Source of the DNA: Rebecca billardiae RCC1528
Lineage: Eukaryota > Protista > Haptophyta
Direction: 5' to 3'
NCBI GenBank assembly: GCA_965240325.2
Contig: OZ251240.1
Coordinates: forward strand, 434,001-498,000
DNA length: 64,000 bases
Shown here: one piece after another, positions 46,251-57,464 of the stretch
How positions within the stretch are numbered: the first letter of the stretch is position 1
How the letters are laid out: the number at the start of each line of letters is the position of its first letter
Program-made: the position numbers and the translations under genes
Notes under the pieces: model-generated
Databases searched by the model: none
The model's input: the letters and a program-made list of their open reading frames with translations, nothing else
Told to the model about the DNA's origin: nothing

Positions 46251-47834
46251 ATGGTTGACGCCCGCCCCCTTCCCGCCAGGGGGAAACAGCTTGAGAAGCT
46301 GCTCTTCGACTGCCTCGACGTCGCACGCCTGCGCCACGAGCTGAGTTTTGCTCAGGTGCTTATCCCTAAAGGCGCCCGCAAGTGTGAGCTGGCTCATCTG
46401 CTCGCGTGCGCGCTCTCCGGTGCTGCGACGGATGCGGTGCCCAGCACGCCGAGCAGCGCGCACGGAAAGGCGCCCGCGAGGCAGCCGGCCCGCACGAGCA
46501 GGCCCAGAGCGTGTATCGTCGACAGCGGCAGCGATGATGACGCGGAGATGATCACACCTGCGGCCACTGCACTGGCGCGCCGGCGGCAGCGCAGGCGCCT
46601 GCGCAGTCGTCGTGCGTGTGATGACGCCACTCAGGAGGCGGAGGCGGAGGTGGCGGAGGAGGCGGAGGAGGTGGAGGAGCAGGAGGAGGCGGAGGCGCAG
46701 GAGGTTGGCGCCATCAGCCACAGACGGCGCACGCGCGGTCGCCGCATCGTGGACGACAGCAGCGACGATGACGACGGCGGCATCGACCCGCCTGCGCACG
46801 CCGCGGCGCGGCCCAGGCGCACGCGTGCAGACACCAACGGCGGTGGCTTGAAGCGTGACGCCATGCAGCCTGCCGGCCGGCGCCGTCTGCGCCGCCGCCT
46901 CTTTGAGGACAGCGAGAACGACGGCGACGCGAGCGCCCGCGCAAACGCAGCGCGCTCCAAGCGCGGCACTCGCGAGGCGCCCGCACGGAAGCGTCGTGCG
47001 ACGACTGCTGAGCCCGATCCGGCCGAGCCGGTGGGCGGCGGCGACTCGAGCAGCCCCGCGCGTGCCGACAGCGAGGGCGGCGCGGACACCGAGGGCAGCA
47101 CAGAGCCGGAGAGCAGCCATGCAGACTCGGATTACGTGTGCAGCGACTCCGAGGGCGCGGTGACGGCCACCGAGGACGAGGAGGAGGAGGAGGACGAGGA
47201 GGAGGAGGAGGACGAGGAGGCGGCGAGTGCCAGCTCTGAGCTCGGCTCCTGCGGCACCGACTCCGACTCCGACTCCGGGTCCGAACGGAGTGAACCGCAA
47301 GGCGGGAGGCTCTGGTGCTCCTGCTGCCTCCAGGCGTGCCCTGTCGACAACTTCTCGCGCGCGCAGCAGCGCGAGGAGGAGGACGCCGAGCGCTTCTGTC
47401 TGAAGCACACCTCCACCTCGGCCTTCAACGCGCGCGCGGTCACGCGCAACCCCTCCCTGTCCACGGACGGCAGCCAGGCGCACGAGGACCCGCCGCACCC
47501 GCTCTCCCCGGACGAAACCGACGACACGGGCTCCGACGGGCGGGGCGAGGAGGAGGACAGCGTGGGCGGCACGCCTGGCGATGCGAGCAAACACGGCGGA
47601 CCAGCTGCCGGGCCTCATGCCCCGCTGCCCGAGGACGAGGTGATCAACTTTGGCGAGTTCCGCGGCAAGGCGCGCTTCAGCGACATTGCCTCCGAACGGC
47701 GGCAGGGGCACCGACTGTCGCGGTACCGCCGTTACATTCTCGAGCAGAGACCGCCGTTCTTTGCGGCACAGCTTCCCCGGTTCCAAGCATACCTGAATGC
47801 CGTTGCCGCTGGCAGAGCAGTGAGCGGATCCTGA
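46251..47834 (+). CDS. Putative nuclear protein (527 aa): N-terminal HeH/LEM-like domain, basic and acidic disordered tracts, Stc1-like zinc finger, C-terminal FGxxRGK motif
   Basis: LDVARLRHELSFAQVLIPKGARKCELAHLL, NLS-like Arg/Lys clusters, poly-E/D tract, CSCCLQACPVDNFSRAQQ..FCLKH and INFGEFRGK. Confidence 0.7.
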   Translation: MVDARPLPARGKQLEKLLFDCLDVARLRHELSFAQVLIPKGARKCELAHLLACALSGAATDAVPSTPSSAHGKAPARQPARTSRPRACIVDSGSDDDAEMITPAATALARRRQRRRLRSRRACDDATQEAEAEVAEEAEEVEEQEEAEAQEVGAISHRRRTRGRRIVDDSSDDDDGGIDPPAHAAARPRRTRADTNGGGLKRDAMQPAGRRRLRRRLFEDSENDGDASARANAARSKRGTREAPARKRRATTAEPDPAEPVGGGDSSSPARADSEGGADTEGSTEPESSHADSDYVCSDSEGAVTATEDEEEEEDEEEEEDEEAASASSELGSCGTDSDSDSGSERSEPQGGRLWCSCCLQACPVDNFSRAQQREEEDAERFCLKHTSTSAFNARAVTRNPSLSTDGSQAHEDPPHPLSPDETDDTGSDGRGEEEDSVGGTPGDASKHGGPAAGPHAPLPEDEVINFGEFRGKARFSDIASERRQGHRLSRYRRYILEQRPPFFAAQLPRFQAYLNAVAAGRAVSGS

Positions 47835-48067
47835 CGGCGGAGCTGATCCCCGGCTCTCTTCACAGACCGAGCATGTGCCTGTGACCGCTGAACGTGCATA
47901 ACGTAGTACGTACTCACGCGTGCCCGTGGGCGGGCCGCTCGACCTTGCGCCCACCGTGTGTCGGTACATACTACAATGCCGTCCGGCCCTCCCGGACATC
48001 GGCGAACAGCGTCGGCCACGGCCCAAGACCGACTGAGCGAGCGCTGGTGTCAACCGCTTTGCTCAGC

Positions 48068-49319
48068 ATGGCGGACGCGTCGGCAGATGCTCGCGTGCCC
48101 GTGACAGTGCTCACGGGCTTCCTGGGGAGCGGCAAGACCACCGTGCGCGCGGCGACCCGTCGGCCTCGCGCGCGGTCCCGCCGCCTCGCGCGCGAACTTC
48201 CCCGCGCGCTGACGTGCGTGCAAGCGCCGGCGGCGTGTCGCGGCGCGCAGCTGCTCAACCACATCCTCACGGCGAACCATGGCAAGAAGCTCGCAGTGAT
48301 CGAGAACGAGTTTGGGGAGGTGGGCGTGGATGACGCGCTCGTGAAGAAGCGGTTCGACACGAAGGAGGAGATCTTCGAGATGAACAACGGCTGCATCTGC
48401 TGCACCGTGCGCGGCGACCTGATCCGCATCCTGAGCAAGCTGCTCAAGCGCAAGGAGAAGCTCGACGGCATCATCATCGAGACGACGGGGATGGCGGACC
48501 CGGCGCCCGTCGCGCAGACGTTCTTCATGGACGAGTCGATGAAGGAGTACGCGCGGCTCGACGGCATCATCACCCTCGTCGACGCCAAGCACCTCATCCA
48601 GCACCTCGACGAGGAGAAGCCGGAGGGCGCGGAGAACGAGGCGGTCGAGCAGATCGTCTTTGCCGACCGGCTGCTGCTGAACAAGATCGACCTGGTGGAC
48701 GGCGCGGAGCTCGAGCGCGTGGAGGCGCGGATGCGCCAGCTCAACAAGTACGCGCCGATCATCCGGTGCACCAACGCCTCGGTCGGCATGGACGCCGTGC
48801 TGGACGTGCACGCGTTCGACCTCGACCGCATCCTCGGTGCGGCACGCGCGCGCGGGGCGCGCGAGCGCGCGCGCGCGTGGGGCAGCGGGGGCGAGGGGAG
48901 GGCGTGGCAGGCTGACGCCGGCGTGCGCACTGCGCGCCTCTCGCCGCCGCCGCCGCGCAGGCATCGACCCGTCCTTCCTCGAGGACTCGGAGCACGAGCA
49001 CGACGCGACGATCACCTCGATCGGGTTTGAGCAGCCGGGCGACCTCGACATGGCGCGGCTCAACGCGTGGGTGTCCAAGCTGCTGCAGGAGAAGGGCGTG
49101 GACATCTTCCGGATGAAGGGCGTGCTGTCCATCGCCGGCTCGGAGGACAAGTACGTCTTCCAGGCCGTGCACATGCTCTTCACCGGCGAGACCCTCGAGC
49201 CGTGGGGCGACGACCCGCGCGTGAACAAGCTGATCGTGATCGGGCGCAATCTCCCGCGCGAGGAGATCACCAACTCCTTCAAGGCGTGCTTCGTCGACGC
49301 GGGGCCGCCCAAGGCCTGA
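48068..49319 (+). CDS. CobW/COG0523 G3E GTPase metallochaperone (ZNG1/CBWD-like); exons 48068-48142, 48251-48836, 48961-49319
   Basis: GFLGSGKTT, ENEFGE, GCICC, ETTGMADP, NKID and C-terminal FRMKG/QAVH. Two GT..AG introns restore the frame. Confidence 0.95.
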
Positions 49320-49792
49320 GCGGGACGCGCAGGCTGTACGCGCCTCGCTCGGCCGCCGACCACCCGCGATGCGACAGCACGGGCCGCCGTGCTGCCTGCT
49401 GATCATGCGCCATGCACTGCGCCATGCTGCACGGCCCGGCTGACGCGATATTTTTAAAAATGGTGGGGCGCCCGCTGCACGGCTCGTAATGGCGGCGTGG
49501 CCGGCGTGGTCGGCACCACGGCCGCGCATGGCCGTGGCCCGTGGCACCGCCAAGTGAGTGCCAGGCAGCCACCAGCCCACCAGTGGCCATTACCGGCCCA
49601 GCGGATGAATATGACATATATTATATAAATAATATGACTCTGGCACGGTCGTAATGACTCTGGAAGCTATATATATGATACGCCGACACCGTTAGGACCG
49701 TACTCATCACCGTATCATATGTCACAGTAGCCGGTACATCACTAGCTGTTCGTCGGTAGCATTTAACTTAAATTTTTAACTGCTACGCCGAG

Positions 49793-51118
49793 CTAGTATA
49801 TAGCGCTATACCGTATTCCGCGCGCTTCATCGCTCACCACCGGGCACCTAGTTGCAGCTCCCGAAGAGCTACTATGACCAAGACGAGATTCGGCCGTCAT
49901 CACGCGGGCCCGCACATCGGCGTAACTAGTCCACGTGACTGACGGCCGCCATGGCATAATGGCGAATAAAGTGTAAATAACCTTGGGCGCCCCGCGGCTG
50001 AGCCCTAAGGAATCCGCCAGCTCGTCCCTTGAGCTTGAAGGGGCGCTCATCTCCCGAAGCAGGACGTCGAGGCGCTCGTTGTGTGGAGCGAAGAAGCGCT
50101 CCAAGCGAGCGCGTGTTGCCGCATCCATGGTTTCCTTGTAGCCGCCTCGGTTGCCAGCTCCTCCGGTGATCGCTGTGTAGCCCACACCCTTCTGAACAGA
50201 GATCGGTTCAACGCCAATGAACTCGTAGACTCTGCGCATGGTTCTTGCCAAGGCATCCTCCTCCAGGTCGCGCATGTGCAGCACGAGGATCTGCTCACGG
50301 GGGAAGTACCGCAGGTATCGTTCGATGTTGGCAGCGTACATCCCACGGCGGAGGAGGGAGCAGGGATGAATGAGGGTCCCCATGTGCTGTGGCACGTCAT
50401 CATCAGCGCTCATCGCCTCGAGTGCCTCAAAGGCGCCTTGCTCCTCAGCCTGCTCAGAGAGGCCGATCATGTCCTCGAAGCGCCAGGGAACCGGCAGGGT
50501 GGATGAAAAGAGGGGACGGGCGAACGATTTGCTGAACCTCTTGTACATCTGGAACTGGCTGAACGCGCGGTCCGCGGGGTCTCGCACGAGGGCAATCAGC
50601 TTGGCATGCGGCGCCCACATCGCCAAACGTTTGGCGGCATACGGGGCGACGAGGGCATGCGGCGATGCATCGAAGACCACTTTGCTCCCCTTGGTCCACC
50701 GTAGCGGAAAGAAGAGACGGTAGCCTCGCTCATCCACACGTGATCCGAAAAGGGACATGAACCACTGCGTCTCCTTGCCGTTGTGGAACGGGAAGGGTTG
50801 GTGGCCTGTCGCCCAGACGAAGAAAGGCCCTGCCATCCGTGGGTGGCCTGCAAACTGGTCTGTGAGTACGGTGGTACCTGCCTTCTGTTCGCCCAAGACG
50901 AGAACGTCTGGGAGAGCGCGGAGACGCGCCGTGAGCAATCGCCAGAGGAACTCAGACTTGCTTGTCGATCGGAGCAGCGCGAGCCGCTGCACGAACGAGA
51001 AGGAGCTGTCGTAGGTGAGCTCAACCCGTCGAAGGATGAACGCGTGGACCCAAAGCAGGGCAGCGGCCACGCAAGACGCCGCGCAAGCCCCTGCGACGGC
51101 GGCGGCGGCGGGTGGCAT
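49793..51118 (-). CDS. Membrane-anchored sulfotransferase (heparan sulfate 3-O/N-sulfotransferase-like)
   Basis: N-terminal TM, PDVLVLGEQKAGTT, KETQWF, LVRDPADRAFS, GMYAANIERYLRYFPREQIL and FFAPHNERL. Confidence 0.9.
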   Translation of the reverse strand: MPPAAAAVAGACAASCVAAALLWVHAFILRRVELTYDSSFSFVQRLALLRSTSKSEFLWRLLTARLRALPDVLVLGEQKAGTTVLTDQFAGHPRMAGPFFVWATGHQPFPFHNGKETQWFMSLFGSRVDERGYRLFFPLRWTKGSKVVFDASPHALVAPYAAKRLAMWAPHAKLIALVRDPADRAFSQFQMYKRFSKSFARPLFSSTLPVPWRFEDMIGLSEQAEEQGAFEALEAMSADDDVPQHMGTLIHPCSLLRRGMYAANIERYLRYFPREQILVLHMRDLEEDALARTMRRVYEFIGVEPISVQKGVGYTAITGGAGNRGGYKETMDAATRARLERFFAPHNERLDVLLREMSAPSSSRDELADSLGLSRGAPKVIYTLFAIMPWRPSVTWTSYADVRARVMTAESRLGHSSSSGAATRCPVVSDEARGIRYSAIY

Positions 51119-51461
51119 AGGCGGGAGAGTCGCGCAACGGAGCGGCAAATTGGCGGCCGATGAAGCAAAGCAGTTCCCGCGATGTACTCAAACTAATAAT
51201 GCGGCCTGTCGCCTGACTGACTACCAGCTGCCCATCAGCCGCTACAATCAATTCAGCGACTCCCTCCCCTCGGCCGTACTTATATATACTTATATATATA
51301 TATATATATAATACTGTTACAATGACTCTGACGCCTGCCCGTTGCATACCACGTCGTTAATATACTGTTACAATCGATGTCGCCCGCCGCCGAGGGCTGC
51401 TCAGGAACCACGTGCTCCGCGGATTTTTGTCACAGCAGACCGTGCGCGGTCCTCGTCGCCA

Positions 51462-52937
51462 ATGAGCAGTCCGTCGGGCATCCGAGTTCGTGCGCGCGTT
51501 CACACCGCTGCGTTCGAAGGGCTCCGCGGTATCGCGGCGCTCCAGGTGAGTCTGAGTCACTTCTGCCAGTACATGCTCTACCAACCACTCGTGTACTTCA
51601 ATGGCACGGCGGCTGTACAGCTCTTTTACGTGCTGGCCGGATTCATGACGTGCCTCGCCAACAACGAGGCGCCCTCGTCGGAAGCGGGGGGCTGCGGTCC
51701 GTTCGCGCGCCGATTCTGGGCTCGCAGGGTCGCCCGTCTTGGCCCCGTCAATTGGCTTTCGATCGTAGTTGGCACGCCGATCGCCGCCCTCCTGCACCCT
51801 CGGCCCCCGTGGCTCGTGCCGCTTAACGTCCTCCTGGACGCACTCTTTGTGCAGGCGTGGGTACCCGTCTTTCGTTTGGTCAACGGGCCGCTCTACTTCA
51901 TGAATGGGCTTGCGCTGTTCTACGGCGTGTTTCCCGCCATCCAGCGCCGCACGCAACAGCCGCGCTCAGCGCAGCGTGTCGTTCAGCTATGCTGGCAGCT
52001 CTGGGTTGCATACGTGGTGCTCTTTGTGCTGATTGCGGCTGCTATCGAGTGCACCATCTCGCCTACCCCGGGCAGTTTGCCGTCGCAGACGCCGACCACC
52101 GCCGAGATCCTGCATCACGTGCGGCCGATGGCCCGCAAGCACCCGTTGAGCAAGCTCCCCTTGTGCTTGATTGGCGCAGTGGTCGGCAGCTATGCAATGG
52201 CCCTCGCTGCCGACACCGCTGCAGGTGCCGAGGGCAGCTCTATCGCTGCGACGAAACCCGCAGCGTCCTTGCGCTGGGGCGGTGTTGCGAATGGCTGCGC
52301 TTTGGCTTACGCACTCTTCACGCTCGCCTACCTCTGCGTGCCGCTGATCGCCTTCCAGACTTGTGGGTACGAATACGCCTGGATTGCTGAGGATGCCTTC
52401 GCATACACAGCTGATCTGCTGCCTGGGCCGGCGTTCGCGCTGTGGCTTTACGCCCTGACGCAGGCGCCCGGCTGCGCAGCGGAGCGCTTCTTATCGAATG
52501 CGCTCCTCCAGTGGATTGGCAAGATCTCCTACTCATGGTACTGCATACATTTTCCCCTTTTCTACATCTGCGCATGGCTGAGGGGGCTGGCGCGCGCACC
52601 TGATGACGGGATCGCTCCCCGCTATGCCGCCGGCTGGTCTGGATCCCCGCTGCTGCAATGGTGGGAGATTGTGCCCGTCATGGCTGTGGTGGCGATGGTG
52701 AGTGCTGCTGTCCATCGCTGGGTCGAAGAGCCCGCGCGGCGGATCATCTACCGTCTCGTCGACGGCACTCCTGCAACGGCCGCAACCCCCGACGATTCGA
52801 TGGCGACACGGCGTCCCTGGCGCGGCGATGATGGATCTGATGCTGGGACCGGTATCGAACGCCGGTCGCTGCAGACTATGCCTGGTAGTTCTCTGATGAC
52901 GTCGAATACGCCGAAGACGACGATGCCATTGGTCTGA
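51462..52937 (+). CDS. Acyltransferase family 3 (OafA/YrhL-like polysaccharide O-acyltransferase)
   Basis: FEGLRGIAA..SH, AVQLFYVLAGF, RRVARL, GKISYSWYCIHFP and RWVEEP, with multiple TM segments. Confidence 0.9.
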   Translation: MSSPSGIRVRARVHTAAFEGLRGIAALQVSLSHFCQYMLYQPLVYFNGTAAVQLFYVLAGFMTCLANNEAPSSEAGGCGPFARRFWARRVARLGPVNWLSIVVGTPIAALLHPRPPWLVPLNVLLDALFVQAWVPVFRLVNGPLYFMNGLALFYGVFPAIQRRTQQPRSAQRVVQLCWQLWVAYVVLFVLIAAAIECTISPTPGSLPSQTPTTAEILHHVRPMARKHPLSKLPLCLIGAVVGSYAMALAADTAAGAEGSSIAATKPAASLRWGGVANGCALAYALFTLAYLCVPLIAFQTCGYEYAWIAEDAFAYTADLLPGPAFALWLYALTQAPGCAAERFLSNALLQWIGKISYSWYCIHFPLFYICAWLRGLARAPDDGIAPRYAAGWSGSPLLQWWEIVPVMAVVAMVSAAVHRWVEEPARRIIYRLVDGTPATAATPDDSMATRRPWRGDDGSDAGTGIERRSLQTMPGSSLMTSNTPKTTMPLV

Positions 52938-52951
52938 CGACGCGACAATAA

Positions 52952-52954
<3 letters not shown>

Positions 52955-52984
<30 letters not shown>
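52955..52984. repeat. (CAT)10 microsatellite
   Basis: Seen directly. Confidence 0.9.
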
Positions 52985-53157
52985 GGCCCGCGGTGCTATC
53001 TATCTATCTAGTATCTATATATATTATAATTATAATTCATATCGAAGACAGTCCGTAGCTACGCCTACTCGTCGGCTACGGCGGCGGCATGATAGTCTTA
53101 GACAGCAGTGCCGCCGCCGGTACGCAGCCTACGGCCTTGCTCTAGAGCTGCTGTCCG

Positions 53158-55789
53158 CTAGACATGCAGCACGCGCGCGGGCACGGCCGCGTGCGTCACC
53201 GTCGGCGGTGCCTCGCCCAGCGGCATGGCGACGGCCTGCGCGCGCGCAGGCTGCCCGACCGGCGCGGCGTAGCCATATGCCGGCGGCGTCGCCGCGGGCG
53301 GCACGGCCGCCGTCGAGTGCGCGCCCGAGCGCGGCACGCCGACGAGCGAGCCCATGACGACGGGCAGGGAGGACGCCGCGTGCGCGGGTCCGGCGCTCGG
53401 CGTGTACGGCGGAGGCGGGTCGGCCGAGCTCGCGCCGGCGGCGGCAGCGCCGTTGGCCGGCGCGGGCGGCGCGGCCGACGGCGCTCCCGGCCTGCGGCAG
53501 CAGTTTTGCAGCTTGCCGCGCCGCCGCAGCTGCACGCACACGAGCGCACCCAGCACGCAGCACAGCAGCCCGCCCAGCACGATCAGCACGATCTCGACGC
53601 GCGAGAGCGTGGCGACGGGCTCCTCCGGCGGGCACTCGCGCGCCGAGCCACGGCTGGCGCCGCCGTTGGGCGGCGCGGGCGGCGGGCTGGGCGGCAGCCC
53701 GCCGGCGCGCTGGCTCGGCGGCGGCGCGGGCGGCAGCGTGCTACTGCCGCCGCCGCTCGGGGGCGGGGACGACGCGTCCGGCCCCTCCCTGCGGCACTTG
53801 TTGTCGCAGCCGTCGCCCTCGCGCTGGTTGCCGTCGTCGCACTCCTCGGGCGCCTCGGCGCGCCCGTTGCCGCACGCGCGCTCCCCCGTCTCCAGGCAGC
53901 TCCCGTGCTCGCGCAGGTAGCGGCACATGCTGAAGTCGTCCTCAAACCTCGGGTCCTGCTCGGAGGTGAGCGTGGCCGCCATGATGCCCTTGGCGGAGTG
54001 CGGCGCGCCCAGGTTGTGCCCGATCTCGTGGGCAAAGGTGCGCCAGAGCTTCTCGGTCGAGAGGAAGGTGGTGAGCCCGATGTGCCCCCCGTTGCACAGC
54101 TCGTCGCGCTTGCGGCACTCGCCCTCCGCGTCGTGCGGCGCGGCCGCGTGCCCGTTGGGCAGCCTGAAGTCACACTCGGCGCACCGCTCCTTGCCGTCCT
54201 CGCCCAGCGCGCACTGGCGGCACGGCTCGCCCGTGTCGCGCACGCCGAGCGGCGCGAAGGCGGGGCGGCAGGCGACGCCGATCGCCGCGACGCCGAGCGC
54301 CGCGCCGAACGCGCAGTCGGTGAGCAGGTGCCACACGGCGGGCGCGCCCTGCTCGACCGCGCTGCGGCCGCCCGCCACCTCTGAGCTGAGCCGTTCGCGC
54401 TCGGGCGCGTGCTGCTGCGCCCACACGCCCAGCTCGCTGAGCAGCACGCGGAGGCCGTCGACGCCGACGCGCGTGCGCGCGCCGCCGCTGTCCAGGTCCT
54501 TCGCCCACAGCTCCTGCCGCCCGGGCGAGGCGGGCTCGGCGCACCGGCCGAACGGGCTGTCGGGGCCGCTGAACTCGACGGGCGCGTAGTTGGGGCCCCC
54601 GGCCTCGAACGAGGCGGACTCATCCACGTTCAGCACGAGCGTGTGCGCGGAGATGTACACGCCGAGCTGCTCGGTGTACAGCGCGTTCGCGAGGGAGAGC
54701 ATGTGCGCGATCTCCGCCGTCGATGCGTCCGCGTCGCCGCCTGGGCGCGCGCGGCGAGCGGGCGGTAACCGAGCGCGCGCGTGGGCACGCGCGGACGCGA
54801 CTCGGCGCGCGCGCGCGGCGCACGCGCGCACCGGTGATGTTGACAAACCCTCGATCAGCGAGCAGCCCGATGGGCATGTGCCGCACGACGGGCTGCAGTG
54901 GGCAGTAGCATAGCCGGCCCTCGCGCCCAGGCACGCCCTCGTCGTCCTCCGCCTCCGCCTCCGCCTCCGCCTCCGCCTCCGCCTCCGCCTCCGCCTCCGC
55001 CTCCGCCTCGGCCTCCGCCGCGGCCTGCTCAGCCGGCGCGGGCGAGCGATCGCCGCCGCTGCTGGCGTCTGCCGCCGACAGCCGCCGCGCGTGCGCATCG
55101 GCATGCGAGGCGAGCCCTTCGCGGCGCGCGCGCGACCACCACCCGCCAGCCGCAGCGTGCTCGCCACGCGCCATTGCGCGCGGCGGGGCCCGCCTCGCGC
55201 GCCGTGCGGCCGCAGCGAACGGGTGTGTTGCGGGCACGGGCAGCGCGCCGCTGTGCAGCAGGTATGCCCCGGCCGGCGCCGAGGCGGCCGCGGCGCCGAG
55301 CTGGCGCGCGACGGAGCCGGCAGCAGGGCTGAGCATCATCAGCCGCGAGCCGCCCGTGCGCGCGTCGCGCTCGAGCACGGCGGCACGCACGCTGCCGTCC
55401 GGCGCAAGAGTAGCGCGCGCCCACCCGCCTCCGTCCAGGGTGGCTGCGTACGTGGGCACGATGGGAGCACGAGCGACGCGTGACTCGCCCGCCTCGTTCA
55501 CGACGATGGTCGCGCCCTCGTCGAACACGGCCTCGCGCGCGAGCTCGATGTTTAGGGCGTGCGAGCTGCCCGCCCAGCTGAGCGCAATGCGCGTCGCGCT
55601 CGCGAGTGGCGTGCTCGCGTACAGACTGCCGACTGGCTCGTACGGCGTGAGCGGGCCGACGGGCTGCACGCGCACGTGCTCGGGTAGAAGCACCTCCACC
55701 TCCGCGTCGGCGGCGTCGTCGCCAGCGAGGGCCGGCGCGAGGGCCACGAGCACGGCGAGGCCGGCGAGCGGGGTCTGCAGCGATCGCAT
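53158..55789 (-). CDS. ADAM/reprolysin-like (M12B) membrane metalloprotease with Myxococcus-type Cys-rich repeat; exons 55789-54832 and 54740-53158
   Basis: Signal peptide, HEIGHNLGAPH zinc motif with GIM Met-turn, CGNGRAEAPEECDDGNQREGDGCDNKC, TM helix, PPPPY tail and (EA)n tract. Phase-1 intron 54831-54741. Confidence 0.9.
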
Positions 55790-55991
55790 TGCCGCCCCAA
55801 CCCCCAAGACGTCCCCAGCGCAACGCACCCTCCTGGTCCACAAGACGTTGTCCCCGATGGCCCGATTGTCCCCAAGTTGTACACTTGATCCGTACTTGAT
55901 CGGCACTGTCTCGCCTGCCTGAGCTGTAAGCTACCAGCTGTGTGCACGTTAAATCAGAGTAAACTGTACTCTAGCTGTAGCTAGCTTATAA

Positions 55992-57464
55992 AACTCTGCC
56001 CTGGCGGGCGGGGGGGTCGGCGGGCCGTGCCAGTGCTGTCGCAATATTTCCCCAGCGGGTTCGCGCCTTTTATTTAGCGGTTTGACGGGCAGGATGACGA
56101 ATAACATTATTAACAAATAAACAATGCGACCGACACAGATGATGGTGAGCTACCTGACTCACTGACGAATAATAACGCGACAGATGACTCTGGTGATCTC
56201 ACCGACAGTGTGATTGCGCGTGTTATTTATTCGTGCACCCACTCGCCAACTGATTGGCGTGCGACGGCGGCTTGCTTGTGACGCCTGACGGTGACGGTTC
56301 AATGTCCTCGGAGCTAAACAGTGGTGGCGGAGTGTGATGTCATGTTTCATTTGTTTAGGTCGTCTGGAAGTGCGGTGCGCGCGCGCGCAGTGCGAGAGCG
56401 TGTGCCACTCGCGATCGAGGGTGGGCACGCGCTGCTCGAGCAGGGCACAGGAAGCGCAGCGCGTGTGCCACTGGCTTCACGACGTCGGCCTCGTCCCGCA
56501 GCGCTCGTGACATGGTGGAGGATGGGGCGACAATGTTGCACGCTCGGCGTTTCAGCTCGTCGCGGATGCGCCTCTGGGATCGGTCATAGCGCTGTGCGAC
56601 GAGGGCCGCCGACTCGCCAAGACGCGCGGTTCCTTCCACGGCTGCAAACCCGGGAGGTGCGTGCGGTGCGCGTCGTACGCCGCTTTGCGCTGCCCCTCCG
56701 TCGCATTGGTCACCGTCGGCGCCATGCACCGGGCCGGACGTGGGCCCTCGAGCGCCGAGCGATCTTTGGCCGCGAGCTCGCGAGCGCGAAAGATGATCGC
56801 CCGCTCTGGAACACCACCGATCGTAGCAAACGGATTTGCATGCGCCCGACCTTGCCAAGGACCGGGGCACGCGACAGTCCGGTGTGTGGATTCCGGTTAT
56901 GGTGTTCAGAAGGCCGCGCCAAATCTTGCGTCGCGTGCGATGGCGCTTCCCGCCCGCGAGACGCCTCGTGATGAGGGCCGTTCCGCACCGAGCCCGACGC
57001 GCGACGATGAATCGAGCGAGGCGGCCATCGTGCGCAGCGCTTGATGCTATGGCCGGTGCGAGCTTTCGACGTGCACGTCGGGCGAGGATCGCCCCAGGTC
57101 GCACGATCGTGTCGACGCGCCGAGCGTACCGCTCCAAACGCGTCGATTTAGCGCCCGTTCGACCTGCACGCGAGACGACGAGGGCAGCAATCGCGAATCG
57201 GGCGAAAACACCGTTCGGGAATCCCCGCGCGATGTCCGCGCCGGCGTTGGATTCGGCGCGCGCCGCCCACGCGCTCCGCGCCAGGCGCCACATGGTTTTC
57301 GGCCGAGCGTCCCCAGTGGGAGCTGCGAGGGCGCCCGGTAGTGAGCGAAGCGACCCGGCAGTGAGCGAGGCGATTTTCTTTTCTCTGCGAGGCGATTTTC
57401 TTTTTCTTTTTCTTTTTCTTATCTTTTTCCCGGGCACTACAAGGGGCGGACCTACGGCCCGCCA
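55992..57464 (-). mobile_element. Element 'R', diverged copy 3 (inverted)
   Basis: Both termini match copies 1 and 2 (aactctgccctggcggg.. and ..ggacctacggcccgcca). Internal ~56100-56375 is replaced and ~56710-56820 inserted. Confidence 0.8.
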
